From NCBI GenBank assembly GCA_951406725.2, contig OX597840.1:33170001-33234000 (forward strand): a DNA stretch of 64,000 bases. Direction: 5' to 3'. The DNA is from Octopus vulgaris. Lineage: Eukaryota. The stretch's first letter is position 1. Every line of letters starts with the position of its first letter. The translations under genes and the position numbers were made by a program. The notes beneath the pieces are model-generated. The model made no database searches, was not told the origin of the DNA, and saw only the letters and a program-made list of their open reading frames with translations. Positions 1 through 14,064 of this stretch are shown piece after piece.

Positions 1-319
1 ATGTGTATATATATATGTGTATATATATATATATATATATAATATAAAGGAATCAAACTACAACATACTTTGCACGACAAATCTTTGAAACTATATATAT
101 ATATATATATATGTGTGTATATATATGTATATATAATCATTACAACACATAGACAAATCAAAAACAAACCCTCCAAATAATGTATATATATATGTATGTA
201 TATATGTGCATATATATATATATATATATAATAAACAAAAAGACAAGAGAAACAATACCACAAAAATTATAAACACTGCAGACGATATATATATATATAT
301 ATGCATGTATGTATATGTG

Positions 320-376
<57 letters not shown>

Positions 377-593
377 ATGTATATATATGTATGTATATAT
401 ATATATATGTATGTATGTATGTATATATGATGTGGATTATCTTTTGAGGTGATGATAAAAATAATACGAAACTGATAAAGATTACTAGTGTATGAACAAA
501 ACAAAAAAAAAAACTAAACATGAAGTGGTTGTGTATGGATGAATGTATGCATTGTATGTATGTGTATGCGTGTTATTGCGTCCACACACACAC

Positions 594-666
<73 letters not shown>

Positions 667-980
667 TGATATATATGTATGTATATGTATATATATATGT
701 ATGTATGTATATATATATATATGTATGTATATATATGCATGAACACATATGTATGTATATGTATATATATATAAGTATATATATTATGTGTGTGTAGATA
801 TGTATATACACGTAATTTACTGGATCTGTGAACGTATATTTTCGTACTGGGTTCCTCTCTAAATTCAAATAACATACATGTGGGAAACTGGAGAAAAATA
901 TGTGTATATATGTATATATATATATAATGGCGGTGCCCCAGCATGGCCACAGCACATGAGCTGAAAATGGAAAAATCAAA

Positions 981-1192
<212 letters not shown>

Positions 1193-1576
1193 GTTATATG
1201 TGTGTGTTATATATATATTTATATATATATATATATGCACACGTACACACACATGTATATATGTACATGTATACATGTGTCTCTGTCCACCTTGATATTT
1301 TCTCCACTCCAGTTTTTTGCATATTCTCTTTATGTTCTCTGTAATAATCATTATCTACCTACTGGGTCGTGACTGACCACCGCCAAATTCTTTAACTGAC
1401 CAATCCAATACCACCAAAAGAAAAAAAAATAGAAAAAGCCAAATCATTTCTTAGTACGAAAATATACGCTTACTATATGTGTGCATGTGCGTGTTCGTGT
1501 GAATATATATACATATATGCATATATATATACATATATGCATACATATATATATATATGTATGTATATTATATATA

Positions 1577-2136
1577 TAGGCAGGGGCAAAAGTTGGTATA
1601 CAATAGCTTAATATAAGTGGAATGTCCTTTTCATTTCTCTATTTCTTTCTTAAACCTAAGCGAATCATAAGTCGACCAAGGGGTCTGCGAGAGATGCCTA
1701 GTTCATTGGAAGCTCCAAAACCCTTTTTTTCTGGGGAGTTTGAGTGAATGCTTGCGTCACAAGTATTTCCTTTTCTTCAGCGATAAAACTGACCGGTCTA
1801 CCACTGTTTTGTGAATCGCAGATGGGGGTCAGTCTACTCCCAATTCGTCACATCTTGACGGAGCTGGTCTTTGGAATTCCTCAGACCATTTCTGTCTGAC
1901 CATTGTTGCATTCTTTGCTTTCCAGTTCTGCTTGTTGATCCAAATTCGTTCATTTGTCGGTCAAATTTCCAGCTTTGTAATGAATATCAGAAATTAGGAA
2001 TAATTATTTTATTAGAGAAAGAATTAGTTTTTAAAAATACATAGAGCCTTAGAATTCTTCTAAAAACGAAATAGTGAAATGAAATGAACATTCCAATCAT
2101 ATTCAGCAACTATTTGCCTACTTTTGTCCACTCCTG
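1577..2136. mobile_element. Non-autonomous Tc1/mariner-like DNA transposon
   Basis: Diverged ~65-bp terminal inverted repeats: CAGGGGCAAAAGTTGGTATACAATAGCTTAATA..TGGAATGTCCTTTTCATTTC versus the reverse complement of the right end, CAGGAGTGGACAAAAGTAGGCAAATAGTTGCTGAATA..TGGAATGTTCATTTCATTTC; sits in TA tracts. Confidence 0.7.
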
Positions 2137-2212
2137 CATGTATGTATATGTATATATGTATATATATATATAATGTATGTCTGCATATATATATATGTCT
2201 GTGTGTGTGTCC

Positions 2213-2254
<42 letters not shown>

Positions 2255-2398
2255 GTACATACATATACAAATAAAATGTATGTATATGAATTCAATGTAC
2301 GTATGTATGTATATATATATGATGATGATGATGATGATGATATATATATATATATATACATTTATGTATATGTATGTATATATATATATGTATGTATG

Positions 2399-2430
<32 letters not shown>

Positions 2431-2633
2431 AAACATGGGTAATGTATAAATATAACGTTAGATATCATTTGAACAAGAAACTGCTTCTAGAGTAAGACTT
2501 GAATACAAGACCTAAGCGAAAAAAGAAAAGGGGAAAAAAATGGAAGATGTTTTCTTAACTATACATGTTTATCTTGGTACTTTAACAGTCAGTAAGAGTT
2601 GAAAAGCCAAAAGGAACACCACCGTATGCATAT

Positions 2634-2718
<85 letters not shown>

Positions 2719-2803
2719 TAGATGTACTTGCATAGCGAGTGACTTGATCTGAGATCGTGTGCTGATATATATATATATATATAAATATATGTGTGTGTAT
2801 ATA

Positions 2804-2931
2804 CAGAGTGATTCAAAAGTCACCATACATAGGAAAAAAAATTTTTTTATTAAGAAACAGTTAAATTTTAAAAAACTGTTTCTTCTAAAAAATAAATTGT
2901 TCTTAAATATGGCGATTTTTGAATCACCCTG
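2804..2931. mobile_element. Tc1/mariner-type hairpin MITE (128 bp)
   Basis: TA|CAGAGTGATTCAAAAGTCACCAT ... ATGGCGATTTTTGAATCACCCTG|TA terminal inverted repeats; inner palindrome AAGAAACAGTT..AACTGTTTCTT. Confidence 0.85.
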
Positions 2932-2962
<31 letters not shown>

Positions 2963-3670
2963 GTGTGTATGTGTGTGTGTGTGTGTGTGTACAGCTAAAG
3001 AGCTTACAGGCAAGGGACGTAACCTATGTTAGTCACTATACCAATCTAGTCTTCTGTTCCCGTCCTATTCAGGAGTTTTAATCAAATGGGTCTCGATGTT
3101 TCTTAAACCTGGTATCAACAGATAGAGCTGTCTCTTTGTTGACCCTCGTTTTTTCAATTCGTTATCTGTTAAAAAAACCGCTCGTCTGAGTCTTAATCTC
3201 TGTAAGATCGTGGATACCTTAGCTGTAGCTATTGTCATTAAAGGTATGTGTGTACTAGGAGCTGTCAGATGTAGTTCCATATTGCCTCGTTGGAAAAAGA
3301 AAGAGATATGCAAGTGGGGAGGTGAGTGTAGAAATAAGAAAAAGAAATAGGTAAAATTTTGGGGGAAAATGTATATCAGAATGGTAAATTCCTTTGTATA
3401 ATACAATACAAGAATACCAAAAGATGAAAGGAGAAAAGACGTGAATAAATCAATAAATAAATATACAAGACCTTTCTTTTTCCTTTGAAGCATGGGGCTT
3501 CCAGAAACCCCATATATATATATATATATATATTATTGATATAATATACATACATATATACGCAAATATAATTAACAAAAGGCAGTGAGTTCAAAGCAGG
3601 TATCATTATACATTACTCATGTATATATATATATATATATACATATGTATATATATATATATGTATATAC

Positions 3671-3702
<32 letters not shown>

Positions 3703-3743
3703 GTATATATATATGTATATATGTATAGATATATATATATATG

Positions 3744-3816
<73 letters not shown>

Positions 3817-3945
3817 ACACATATATACATATATATATATACATATATATATATATACATATATATTATAAATATATATATATATATACATACATATATA
3901 ATACATGTATAAAACATTTCCATATATATATATATTATATATACA

Positions 3946-3993
<48 letters not shown>

Positions 3994-4290
3994 GCATATA
4001 CCACACGAAATAACTGTACATTTTTATATGGGTTAAAAGAAGAAAAAAAAAACGAAAAGAAAGAAAAAAGAACACTTTGCATAAATTTGTTCATTTTTTA
4101 TTATTATTATTACCATTATTTTTATTATTTTTATTATTGTTTTTCCCATTTTTTTTTTTTTTTTGTAAATTCTGCTGATGATATATATAAAGGAAAATAA
4201 CAGGTATTTTTGAATCAAGTGTATATATACATGTACGCACTAATATATACACATATTTTAATAATATGTATGTATATATACTCTTTTTTT

Positions 4291-4691
4291 CTCTTTACTC
4301 TTTTACTTGTTTCAGTCATTTGACTGCGGCCATGCTGGAGCACCGCCATTAGTCGAGCAACTCGACCCCGGGACTTATTCTTTTTGTAAGCCCAGTACTT
4401 ATTCTATCGGTCTCTTTTTGCCGAACCGCTAAGTAACGGGGACATAAACACACCAGCATCGGTTGTCAAGCAATGCTAGGGGCACAAACACAGACACACA
4501 AACATACATACACATACATATATATATATATATACATATATACGACAGGCTTCTTTCAGTTTCCGTCTACCAAATCCACTCACAAGGCATTCGCAGAAGA
4601 CACTTGCCCAAGATGTCACGCAGAGTGGGACTGAACCCGGAACCATGTGGTTGGTTAGCAAGCTACTTACCACACAGCCACTCCTGCGCCT
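4291..4691 (-). mobile_element. SINE family A (tRNA-like head, internal TA/CA microsatellite, GTAAAAGA-repeat tail)
   Basis: Head GGCGCAGGAGTGGCTGTGTGGTAAG (A box) and GGTTCAGTCCC (B-box-like); many near-identical copies in the window. Confidence 0.9.
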
Positions 4692-5140
4692 GTACCTATA
4701 AAATGTATATATATGTATGTATATATATATAAAATGTATATATATGTATATATATATATAAAATATGGTTTGTTAAAAAGGTTTGCCAATCCCATCAGCC
4801 ACCCGCCTTCTTCTGTTGCAAGGCTCCTGACCCCAAAAACTCAGGTGTAATGTATACGGCGATGATTAATCTAGGCAAGGAAGCTTAGGATCAGTCAGAT
4901 CAAAGGAGTCTAGTTTTCTTCTTTTACTGAGAAAGAGATGTTATAAAGTGAGTGGTAGGGAGAGGTGGAAAGACAATTGTGGTTGCAGTGGTGGCCCCAT
5001 CAGACTGTGTGAGATCATGAGATCAACGTGTGTGTTGCTGAGTGGTAGGAGGAGATAGGGAACAGGAGGGTAGAGACGTCGGGTAGAACAGTAAGAGTAT
5101 GCTGTGTGTATATATATATGTGTGTGTGTGTATGTATGTA

Positions 5141-5211
<71 letters not shown>

Positions 5212-5218
5212 ATAGGAA

Positions 5219-5267
5219 GCTTCACAGGACTAGAACTGTTTCATTCAAAATGAAATCATCAGGAAGC
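5219..5267 (-). ncRNA. Degenerate type-I hammerhead ribozyme motif (cleavage base H17 apparently missing)
   Basis: Minus strand: GCTTC CTGATGA TTTCATTTTGAAT GAAA CAG-TTCTAGTC-CTG T GAAGC; stems I and III pair. Confidence 0.55.
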
Positions 5268-5328
5268 ACCTTATTTACTGTGGTTAACCCCGTTATCTCA
5301 TAACCAGATACCTACACATCACTCAGAG

Positions 5329-5397
<69 letters not shown>

Positions 5398-5489
5398 GGA
5401 TATATATATATATATATATATATCAGAAGCACTGTGTGGTTAACCCCGTGGGACCTACATATATATATGTATATATATATATATATGTG

Positions 5490-5715
5490 TGTATGAAACA
5501 GGGACAACTGAAGAAGGGGAATGTTCTTTGTGTTGTATGTCTTGTACTCTGTTTTTTCGTTGTTTGAAAAAAAGTTCGTTTCCATGTTTTAGTTTCTCAT
5601 TGTGTTCAACGTTTTTTTTTTTTTTTGATGTCTTGTACCCATATATGCATGTATATATACATATATATGTAGGTATGTACAAATATCTATGTATATATGC
5701 ATATATTTTTTTGTG
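5490..5715. mobile_element. Short microsatellite-associated repeat, probable PLE terminus (other copies 14150-14445, 22270-22540, 34760-34860, 50270-50630)
   Basis: Shared GGACACCAAAA..CGTCGAACACAATGAGAAACG block at several loci; the 14.2-kb copy is an inverted duplication. Confidence 0.65.
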
Positions 5716-5828
5716 TTGAGGCTTGTGTCCTCTCTGAACTGTTTTGAGTGAAGAGGCTGCCTCTTCTTAGTGAGTCCTGCTCCAATCTGGGTTCATCCAG
5801 GGATTTCTGATATTAACTTGTCCTGTAT

Positions 5829-5880
<52 letters not shown>

Positions 5881-5932
5881 ATGTATATATAATATGTATA
5901 CGTGTGGAGATATATATGCATATATATATATT

Positions 5933-5966
<34 letters not shown>

Positions 5967-6569
5967 TATATATATATATACATATATGAATATATATATA
6001 TTCATATATACATGCATTTATATAGATATGTATATATGTATATGTTTATGTATATATTTATGTATATGTATGTGTATATATATAACCATATATATATATT
6101 TCACACACACACACATGTATATATATAACCATATATATACACATATACATATCACATATCACATATATATATGTGTGTATCACATATATTTATTAGCACG
6201 GTTATCTGTACATTGATACATATAATTGATACGAATAATTGTGTGTATCTTCATGTATAAATATATACACAATTATGTTTTTCAATGTTATCTAGATATA
6301 TAATATGTATGTGTGTGTGTGTGTGTGTGTGTATTTCCAGATAGATACACCATGTTGAAAGGGTAAAACAACCGGTTGTATTTATAGTAACAATATAAGA
6401 TACAGTTTGTCTATAACACATGACTGTAACCATTCAGGCAATAACTACGTATACACATAGCAACACTTTAGATAGCTTAACAGATACGGGGAGAGACAGA
6501 GAGAGAGAGGCATGTAGGTAGAAACATCTAAATATACCCAAATATGTATAAATATATGCATATATATAT

Positions 6570-6775
6570 ATTTGCTACTTAAATGTGGCTAACCACTAAG
6601 GGTGGATGCTACTGTAGTTTGACAGGGTCCAGAGAGTGTGTCAATAGCCAGCTGGAGAAGATGTTATCCTGGGGCTACAAGCTTCAGTAGCATCCACCGT
6701 TAGTGGTTGGCCACATTTAAGTGACAAATATACTTCACATTGTCGTGCAGCTACTGTTTATACCTCGTTCAGGGT
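6570..6775. mobile_element. Diverged relative of the 29.8-kb retrozyme/PLE-like element, with inverted duplication
   Basis: GGCTAACCACTAAGGGTGGATGCTACTGTAG and its reverse complement; homologous to 29900-29960 and 30360-30445. Confidence 0.75.
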
Positions 6776-6778
6776 ATA

Positions 6779-6834
<56 letters not shown>

Positions 6835-6891
6835 TGTATATATACATATATGTATATATATACATATATAAATATATATATACATATATAA

Positions 6892-6946
<55 letters not shown>

Positions 6947-7075
6947 GTTGATAAATTGAATATTAATTTGATTTAAATAATAAGGGTGATAAATTAAATA
7001 TTAATTTAACTAAGATCAATTTGAAACCAGTAGCCTAGCATACAGAAAAATCTGAAAATTCAGACAAATTTTAAT

Positions 7076-7262
7076 ACATGCGTATAATAGGGATGACCAC
7101 TATGTGGACATCCAGTATGCTAGAAGAAGATCACCTATGATCTAACTACAAGAAATTGCTGAATTTCTCTTGTGAACATTCTTTTCTTTGTAGTTGGATC
7201 GGAGGTGAACTTCTTCTAGCATATTGGATGTCCACTTAGTTGTCATCCCTATTATACGCATG
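7076..7262. repeat. Inverted repeat, ~75-bp arms
   Basis: ACATGCGTATAATAGGGATGACCACTATGTGGACATCC.. / ..GGATGTCCACTTAGTTGTCATCCCTATTATACGCATGT. Confidence 0.85.
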
Positions 7263-7573
7263 TATATGTATATATAAGGAATATAGAATGGCAAACCTAA
7301 TGATAGCATGTATTGTGTACCTATATATTGCTGTAAAGGTAGGCATTATGAATAAATGATGCGTGTATATATACATCCATATATATACGTGTGTATACAT
7401 ATTCTAAACATAGATTTACACTGCGTGTGTTTGTCTATATATAATATATGTATATATATATGTGTGTGCTTCTGCATAAGAATATGTATTTGTATAAACA
7501 TAATATACATACATACATATATATGTGTGTGTATACATGTACAAATATAAATACGCACATTATATATATATGC

Positions 7574-7788
7574 ACTCTTTTACCTGTTTCAGTCATTTGA
7601 CTGTGGCCATGCTGGAGCACTGCCTTTAGTCGAGCAATCAAACCCAAGACCTATTCTTTGTAAACCTAGTACTTATTCTATCGGAGCCTTTTGCCGAACC
7701 GCTAAGTTACAGGGACGTAAACACACCAGCATCTGTTGTCAAGCGATGTTGGAGTGGGACAAACACACAAATATGCACACATACGTAC

Positions 7789-7855
<67 letters not shown>

Positions 7856-7860
7856 CATAC

Positions 7861-7891
<31 letters not shown>

Positions 7892-8033
7892 CACACATAT
7901 ATATACATACATACATATATATACACACATATATCATACATACATATATATACACATATATATATATATATATATATACATATATATTATACACACTATA
8001 TATACATACATACATATATATATATATACATAC

Positions 8034-8064
<31 letters not shown>

Positions 8065-8085
8065 CACACACTATATATACATACA

Positions 8086-8130
<45 letters not shown>

Positions 8131-8322
8131 TATATATACATACATATATATATATACACGATGGGCTTCTTTCAGTTTCCGTCTACCAAATCCACTCACA
8201 AGGCTTTGGTCGGCTCGAGGCTATAGTAGAAGACACTTGCCCAAGATACCACGCAGTGGGACTGAACCTGGAATCATTGTGGTTGGTAAGCAACCCACTT
8301 ACCACACAACCTCTATGCATAT
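7574..8322 (-). mobile_element. SINE family A with internal microsatellite expanded to ~390 bp
   Basis: Both SINE halves present in register, flanking the 7770-8158 TA/CA tract. Confidence 0.88.
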
Positions 8323-8372
8323 AGGATTTATATAAATGTGTATATGTCCGTATATATGCGTGTGCGTGTATA

Positions 8373-8457
<85 letters not shown>

Positions 8458-9193
8458 ATATACATGTATATATCATCATATCATCATCATCATTTAGCGT
8501 CCGTTTTCCATGCTATATGGGTATGGATATTCTGCTGGGGTATGTATATAAGGTGTATCAGGCCCATATATCTGGCAGTGTATATACAGCTGGATATTCC
8601 TACATACACCACCATATATATATGTATGTATGTATATAAACATGAACATATATATTTTGTATGTATATACATATACATATATGTAAGATTATTAAGGTGG
8701 CTATTCGCAATTTAGAACCGAAAAGCACAAGTATAATCGTCACAAAACACAAAGGTGACCGAGGGAGCTTATTCAGCACCATCATTGCTAGATATAACCG
8801 TCAAAACCAGCCTCATGTCCTTCCATATATATGTATAGTTTAGTCTGCTCCTAAAAATCAACAAGTACTGGTGACAACAGCAACAACATGAACAGAAGAA
8901 AAATAGTAATCATAAAAAGAGAAGTACACTACCACCATCACCACCACTACTGCTGCCACTACTACAAACATATGTTGTATTTAGGAATGGTCATTTTTGC
9001 CAGTTTAGTCAATATATATATATTTATATATGTATATATATATGAATTTGTTAACCCACAAATATATACATGCATGTATAACATCCTACACACACACATA
9101 TATGTATATTTATACATACATATATACATTCATATAGACAAATATATATATATATATATACATATATATTATACATGTATATATGTATGTGTG

Positions 9194-9236
<43 letters not shown>

Positions 9237-9308
9237 TTGTGGGTTAGCAAATGCATACATATATATATACATATATACATATACATATATATATATACAT
9301 ATATATAT

Positions 9309-9389
<81 letters not shown>

Positions 9390-10114
9390 CTGTATATGTG
9401 TATGTATGCATGTATGATATATATGTGTTTATAAACATATGCCTCCCTTGTAATCTCATCGCCATCATCATCATCATCATCATGGTCATGAGCAGCAAAA
9501 TATAACCAACCAACTCCTTCTCCTCCTACCATCACTCCTGTCAAATCCTCTTTGCCTACCCTCCTGCTTCCTACATGCCTTGTTGACAGTTTCACGCAAT
9601 GTCACATATACACAGATTTTAACCTTCACCTTCCAAATTCCATTCCCTCCCCCTCCACCTCCCAACCCTTCCGAATCTCTCTTTCTCTCTTCCACCCACC
9701 TCCCTTAACCTAAATCTTATTCCAACTCTACACATTTCCTCTCCTTTATTTCGTTTTCTTTGAAGGGTTTCGATTTTTGATGGCTTTTTTCTTACTTTCT
9801 TTCTTTAGATACTTTCTGTTTATTATTGCAAAAGAATACTATTATCATTATTAATAGTATCATCATCATCATCATCATCATCATCGTTTCTGTGTTTATG
9901 TGTTTCTTGCCTTCATTCCATTCTACCATTTTACCATTTACACAATGTTGTTGTGGATGATGATGATGTCTTGTTTGAACTTCATGTCCTCATTCTCTGT
10001 TTTTCTCTGCTCTTCCGTCTCTGGAGCCCTGAATGACAATATGTCAAGTGTATATGTAAAAGCACATTTATATATATATATGTGTGTGTGTGTATGTATT
10101 TATATATATATATA

Positions 10115-10179
<65 letters not shown>

Positions 10180-10200
10180 ATATGTATGTATATATGTATG

Positions 10201-10329
<129 letters not shown>

Positions 10330-10421
10330 GTATTCATATACGTATATATATGTATGTATATAATATATATGTATATATACACAGATATATCTGTGTGTGT
10401 GTATATGTATATATATATATG

Positions 10422-10485
<64 letters not shown>

Positions 10486-10924
10486 TGTGTATGTATATAT
10501 ATAGCAATAATAAATCTTTGACCGAGGTATATATGCATATATATGTATGTATGTGTATATATATATAATATGCATACGTATTTGTATATATATGTATGTA
10601 TATGTGTTTATTGCGTATACATGATACATACACAAATATCAAAAATGTATATATGCACTCATATGTATATATACACACACACACACACACAGATATATCT
10701 GTGTCATATTTATGCGTGTATATCATGATATAAATGCATTCATATGCTCATGTGGGTGTATATGTATATATATGTTTATATCTATGCATTTATTGTTATG
10801 TACAAGTATGTATCTACATATATACATATGTATATATATATATACATATTAGACAAAATGAGATAACAAACCCAAGGCTGTGAGGAGTTTTCAGGACATT
10901 TATAAAGGAAAGGATATAGATATA

Positions 10925-10967
10925 GCCTTACAGCTGTTTCTGGGATAGTATGGATACCCCTTCATCG
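10925..10967 (-). ncRNA. 5'-truncated type-I hammerhead motif (CAGCTG stem-III family)
   Basis: Minus strand: ..CGATGA AGGGGTATCCATACTATCCCA GAAA CAGCTG TA AGGCT; the 5' strand of stem I is lost at the element boundary. Confidence 0.6.
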
Positions 10968-11508
10968 TGTATGTGTGTGTAAATCGTTCTCATCTTTGTT
11001 TTAACGTCCATTTCTCCATGGTTATCTTGTTTGCCAGTCTAGAAATACTCATCCATGATATGGCATGTTTTTTTTTTCCATGGAAGATTGAAAACAAACA
11101 CCGCTTATATGACAGTGATACTCATTTACAATTATCGCGTAATGTCAAGACAAAGAGCGCCAACTCATACAAACATACATACACACACACACACACACGT
11201 CATTTATGTCTGCTCTTCTTTGAAAACATGTTTTGCCATAAGAAAATATCTTCCTTGTAAACATGTCAGGGTTGGCGAGAGGAAGAACTCCCTACCCATA
11301 GGAACTCTGTCTCGTTCCATCTAACCCATACAAATATGGAAAAATAATCTCAAAGCAGTAGTTCTTAACCGAGGTCTATATAAATCCCGGGGCTGCATAT
11401 AGAATTTTATGGGGTCCAGGCAAGCAAAATAAAGGGCATGCAGCTGTAGAAACTCTGCTAGATCAGATTGGAGTCTGGTGCAGCCATCTGGTTCGCCAGT
11501 CCTCAGTC

Positions 11509-11918
11509 AAAGAATTTAGTAAAATAACTTGGTTACCATTCAGCTAGTGTTAGGAACATAAATTGTGACTAAGGTTTGGTGGAAGATTTTAATTCAGAAC
11601 TTATGAAAACAAGACATCTACTACAGAGCCAGAGCCGGTTTCACGCGGGTTGGTATTGAAAGGGTAAGAATTGTTTCTCTATTATATATTTTAACCCTTT
11701 TGTTACCATATTTCTGTTGAGCTGCTCTGTGTTTCTTTCAATTATTTTAAATATAACAAAGAATTTAGTAAAATAACTTGGTTATCATTAAGCTAGTGTT
11801 AAGAACATAAATTGTGACTAAGGTTTGGTGAAAGATTCTAATTCAAAACTTATGAAAACAAAACATTTATACTACAGAGCCAGAGGCAGTTTCAGGCGGG
11901 TTGGCATCAGAAGGGTTA
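11509..11918 (-). mobile_element. piggyBac-type MITE dimer (first unit truncated)
   Basis: TTAA-CCCTTTTGTTACCA terminus; same unit and same spacer as the 18.5-kb array. Confidence 0.8.
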
Positions 11919-12317
11919 CATGAAAAAAGCTTTGCTTTAAAAGCATATCTTGCAAGAAACAGCAATATTATTGTATATTATATGTTATTATATAATATTA
12001 CAACTATAGGACAAAATTTAACATGTTTACTCTCAACCGAATTAAGGCCCTTAAAACCTTAAAACATAGTTTAGTGTGTCTGCAGATATTAAAATTAATT
12101 GAAGTAAACCCAGAGTACCTCAATAGAAATGTGGTAACAAGAGGATTAAATTATCCTTAAGTAACACCGGGTTTTTTTTTATGAGGGTTACAAGAAAACC
12201 CGTCCCGCTCGTGATAAAAGCTATTGCTGATATCACTAGAGAACATACAAAAAATGTGAAAACGTGTTTTGAATATCAGTCAATATCTACCTGTATAATG
12301 CTGTTGCTACCTTGAAG

Positions 12318-12410
12318 GAACACCTGAGAGAGATTTGCAAAGCATGCAGAAATAAAATAATCCACGTGGATAAAGGCAGTAGAATTGTGATTCCCAACGG
12401 GGATTTGTAT
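12318..12410 (+). mobile_element. Possible decayed PLE reverse-transcriptase fragment (DKG motif)
   Basis: Translates EHLREICKACRNKIIHVDKGSRIVIPNGDLY, resembling the PLE I-x-x-ADKG-x-x-VI motif; short match only. Confidence 0.35.
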
Positions 12411-12561
12411 AAACTTTGGCAGGGGTTGGATTCTATCTAAGATTTTGTTTTTGAAAGAAGCGTCGATAAAATTAGTTTTTAAGCATCGAATGGCTGCAAG
12501 GGTCTACGAGAGTAGAATAATAATCTAAAGGTTCCATAGAGAAAAAAAATTATTGAAAATA

Positions 12562-12929
12562 TCTATATATATATAAACGGCAAAATGTCTGTCTGTGTGT
12601 GTGTCCTTTATACAAATCCACAATTTTTCAGTTAGAGAGCTCGCACTTTCTATGGTCATTCAAAACCATCCAAGGGTGGTCGTGCACATCTTTACATTTC
12701 CCCAGTCACCCAGCAAAGCCATTAAAAAATCAATAGAAGTGACTTTTTTGTGAATTTTCTATCCCAAACCCAATCAAAATGCCCGAAACTTGATACGCCA
12801 ATTGAATGCCAGCTAGCTGTATGTGATTGGTTAGAGATTTGGACAGTACTCGTGTGTATGTGCGCACACACACAGCTGTATATGCATGCACTAGCACTAT
12901 GACCCAGCGTTGCCGGGTCATAGTGCTAG
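12562..12929 (+). mobile_element. Non-autonomous Helitron
   Basis: A|TCTATATATATATAAA 5' end, GTCT/GT microsatellite, GC-rich 3' hairpin GACCCAGCGTTGCCGGGTC, terminal CTAG|T. Confidence 0.85.
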
Positions 12930-13389
12930 TTATTGGTGAAAAACAAATACTAAGTTTTCTGCCAATGAAAAATGTTCTCTCAGAGAATGCAATTCAAAAC
13001 CTACACAAATGAATGGGCAAAAAACAAAATAGCAATTTTGACAGAAGTATCTATAAGACTAGGTTTTAAACACCGAATGGTTACGGAGGTCCACCGGGGA
13101 GAAAAAGTAATCAAAGGGTTTTGTAGGTAAAAAAATATGGTTGAGAAATACTGGTCTAAAGCAGGGATGATGTATATATTATGAGTATGTATAAATTGTG
13201 TGCATGCAATCTGTTCCTTCTACCCTGCTAGCCAGCACAACTGTACATTATGGAATAGAATGGGCAAATCTTTGGCAGGGCTCAAGTGTCATATAAGGAC
13301 TTCACACTGCATTATCAGTGACTCATTTTAACGGTTCTCTCTAGCAATGGCTTTGCTCGTATTCGAGAAAGCAGCTTCTATGTATCTAT

Positions 13390-13725
13390 GCCATTGTTCA
13401 GTTTTATTTCAAGATTTCTTGCCAATAGACAGAAAGAGCCGATTCTTAATCTAGATCCAAAGCACCTTCAATGGAATTTCAACATCAACAGGGTATTTTT
13501 CGTGTGCATATATTTATGTATGCATACGTGCATATGAATGTATTCTTATGCATATAGTTCTATATCTACACATGCTCATATATATTTAAATACTAAACTT
13601 CTGGAAAGTTTTACAGATTTTTACAGTTCCTGTGATGGATTGGATCTGTAGTCTTTGAATCAGCTTTCTCCTTTCTGGTTTTGAGAAGCCTAGTTTCTCA
13701 AGATTGGTATTTAGGCAGTGTGTTA
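13390..13725 (-). mobile_element. 3' end of a non-LTR retrotransposon (probably RLE-type) associated with (TACA)n
   Basis: C-terminal peptide NLEKLGFSKPERRKLIQRLQIQSITGTVKICKTFQKFSI* plus 3' UTR; copies at 27240-27306/30724-30790, 40742-42320, 42418-42680. Confidence 0.7.
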
Positions 13726-13756
13726 TATTATGTATGTATATACATATATATGTGTG

Positions 13757-13786
<30 letters not shown>

Positions 13787-13792
<6 letters not shown>

Positions 13793-13918
13793 CAGCCGAA
13801 ATTGCAAAGATAATCTGGAACTCGCCTGAAGAAAGTAAACTCCGAATGACCCGTCCTTGCTTTTTTTGTATCGTCTGTCTGGATATTTTGCGCTCTTGTC
13901 CCATTTTTGGTATTCCTT
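13787..13918 (+). mobile_element. Short TA-embedded repeat with atypical CTGANGA..GAAT motif (other copies 45385-45700 minus, 56340-56670 plus)
   Basis: Shared AGCCGAAATTGCAAAG..CCGAATGACCCGTCCTTG block at three loci. Confidence 0.7.
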
Positions 13919-13973
13919 TATATATATATATAAAGAATGCAAGTTGTTTTATCCTTCCCTTCCTCTCAATGCC

Positions 13974-14064
<91 letters not shown>

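Larger units (their letters stand above)
11356..13153. mobile_element. Old non-autonomous hAT (Charlie-like) element carrying nested insertions
   Basis: TIRs CAGTAGTTCTTAACC ... GGTTGAGAAATACTG; imperfect 8-bp flanks TCTCAAAG / GTCTAAAG resemble the NTCTARAN target. Confidence 0.55.

Noticed and set aside
3065-3300. Minus-strand ORF segment LRLRRAVFLTDNELKKRG..LYLL as host exon or PLE thumb domain
   Set aside because: Only faint PLE-like resemblance and no clear splice context; cannot be supported without a search
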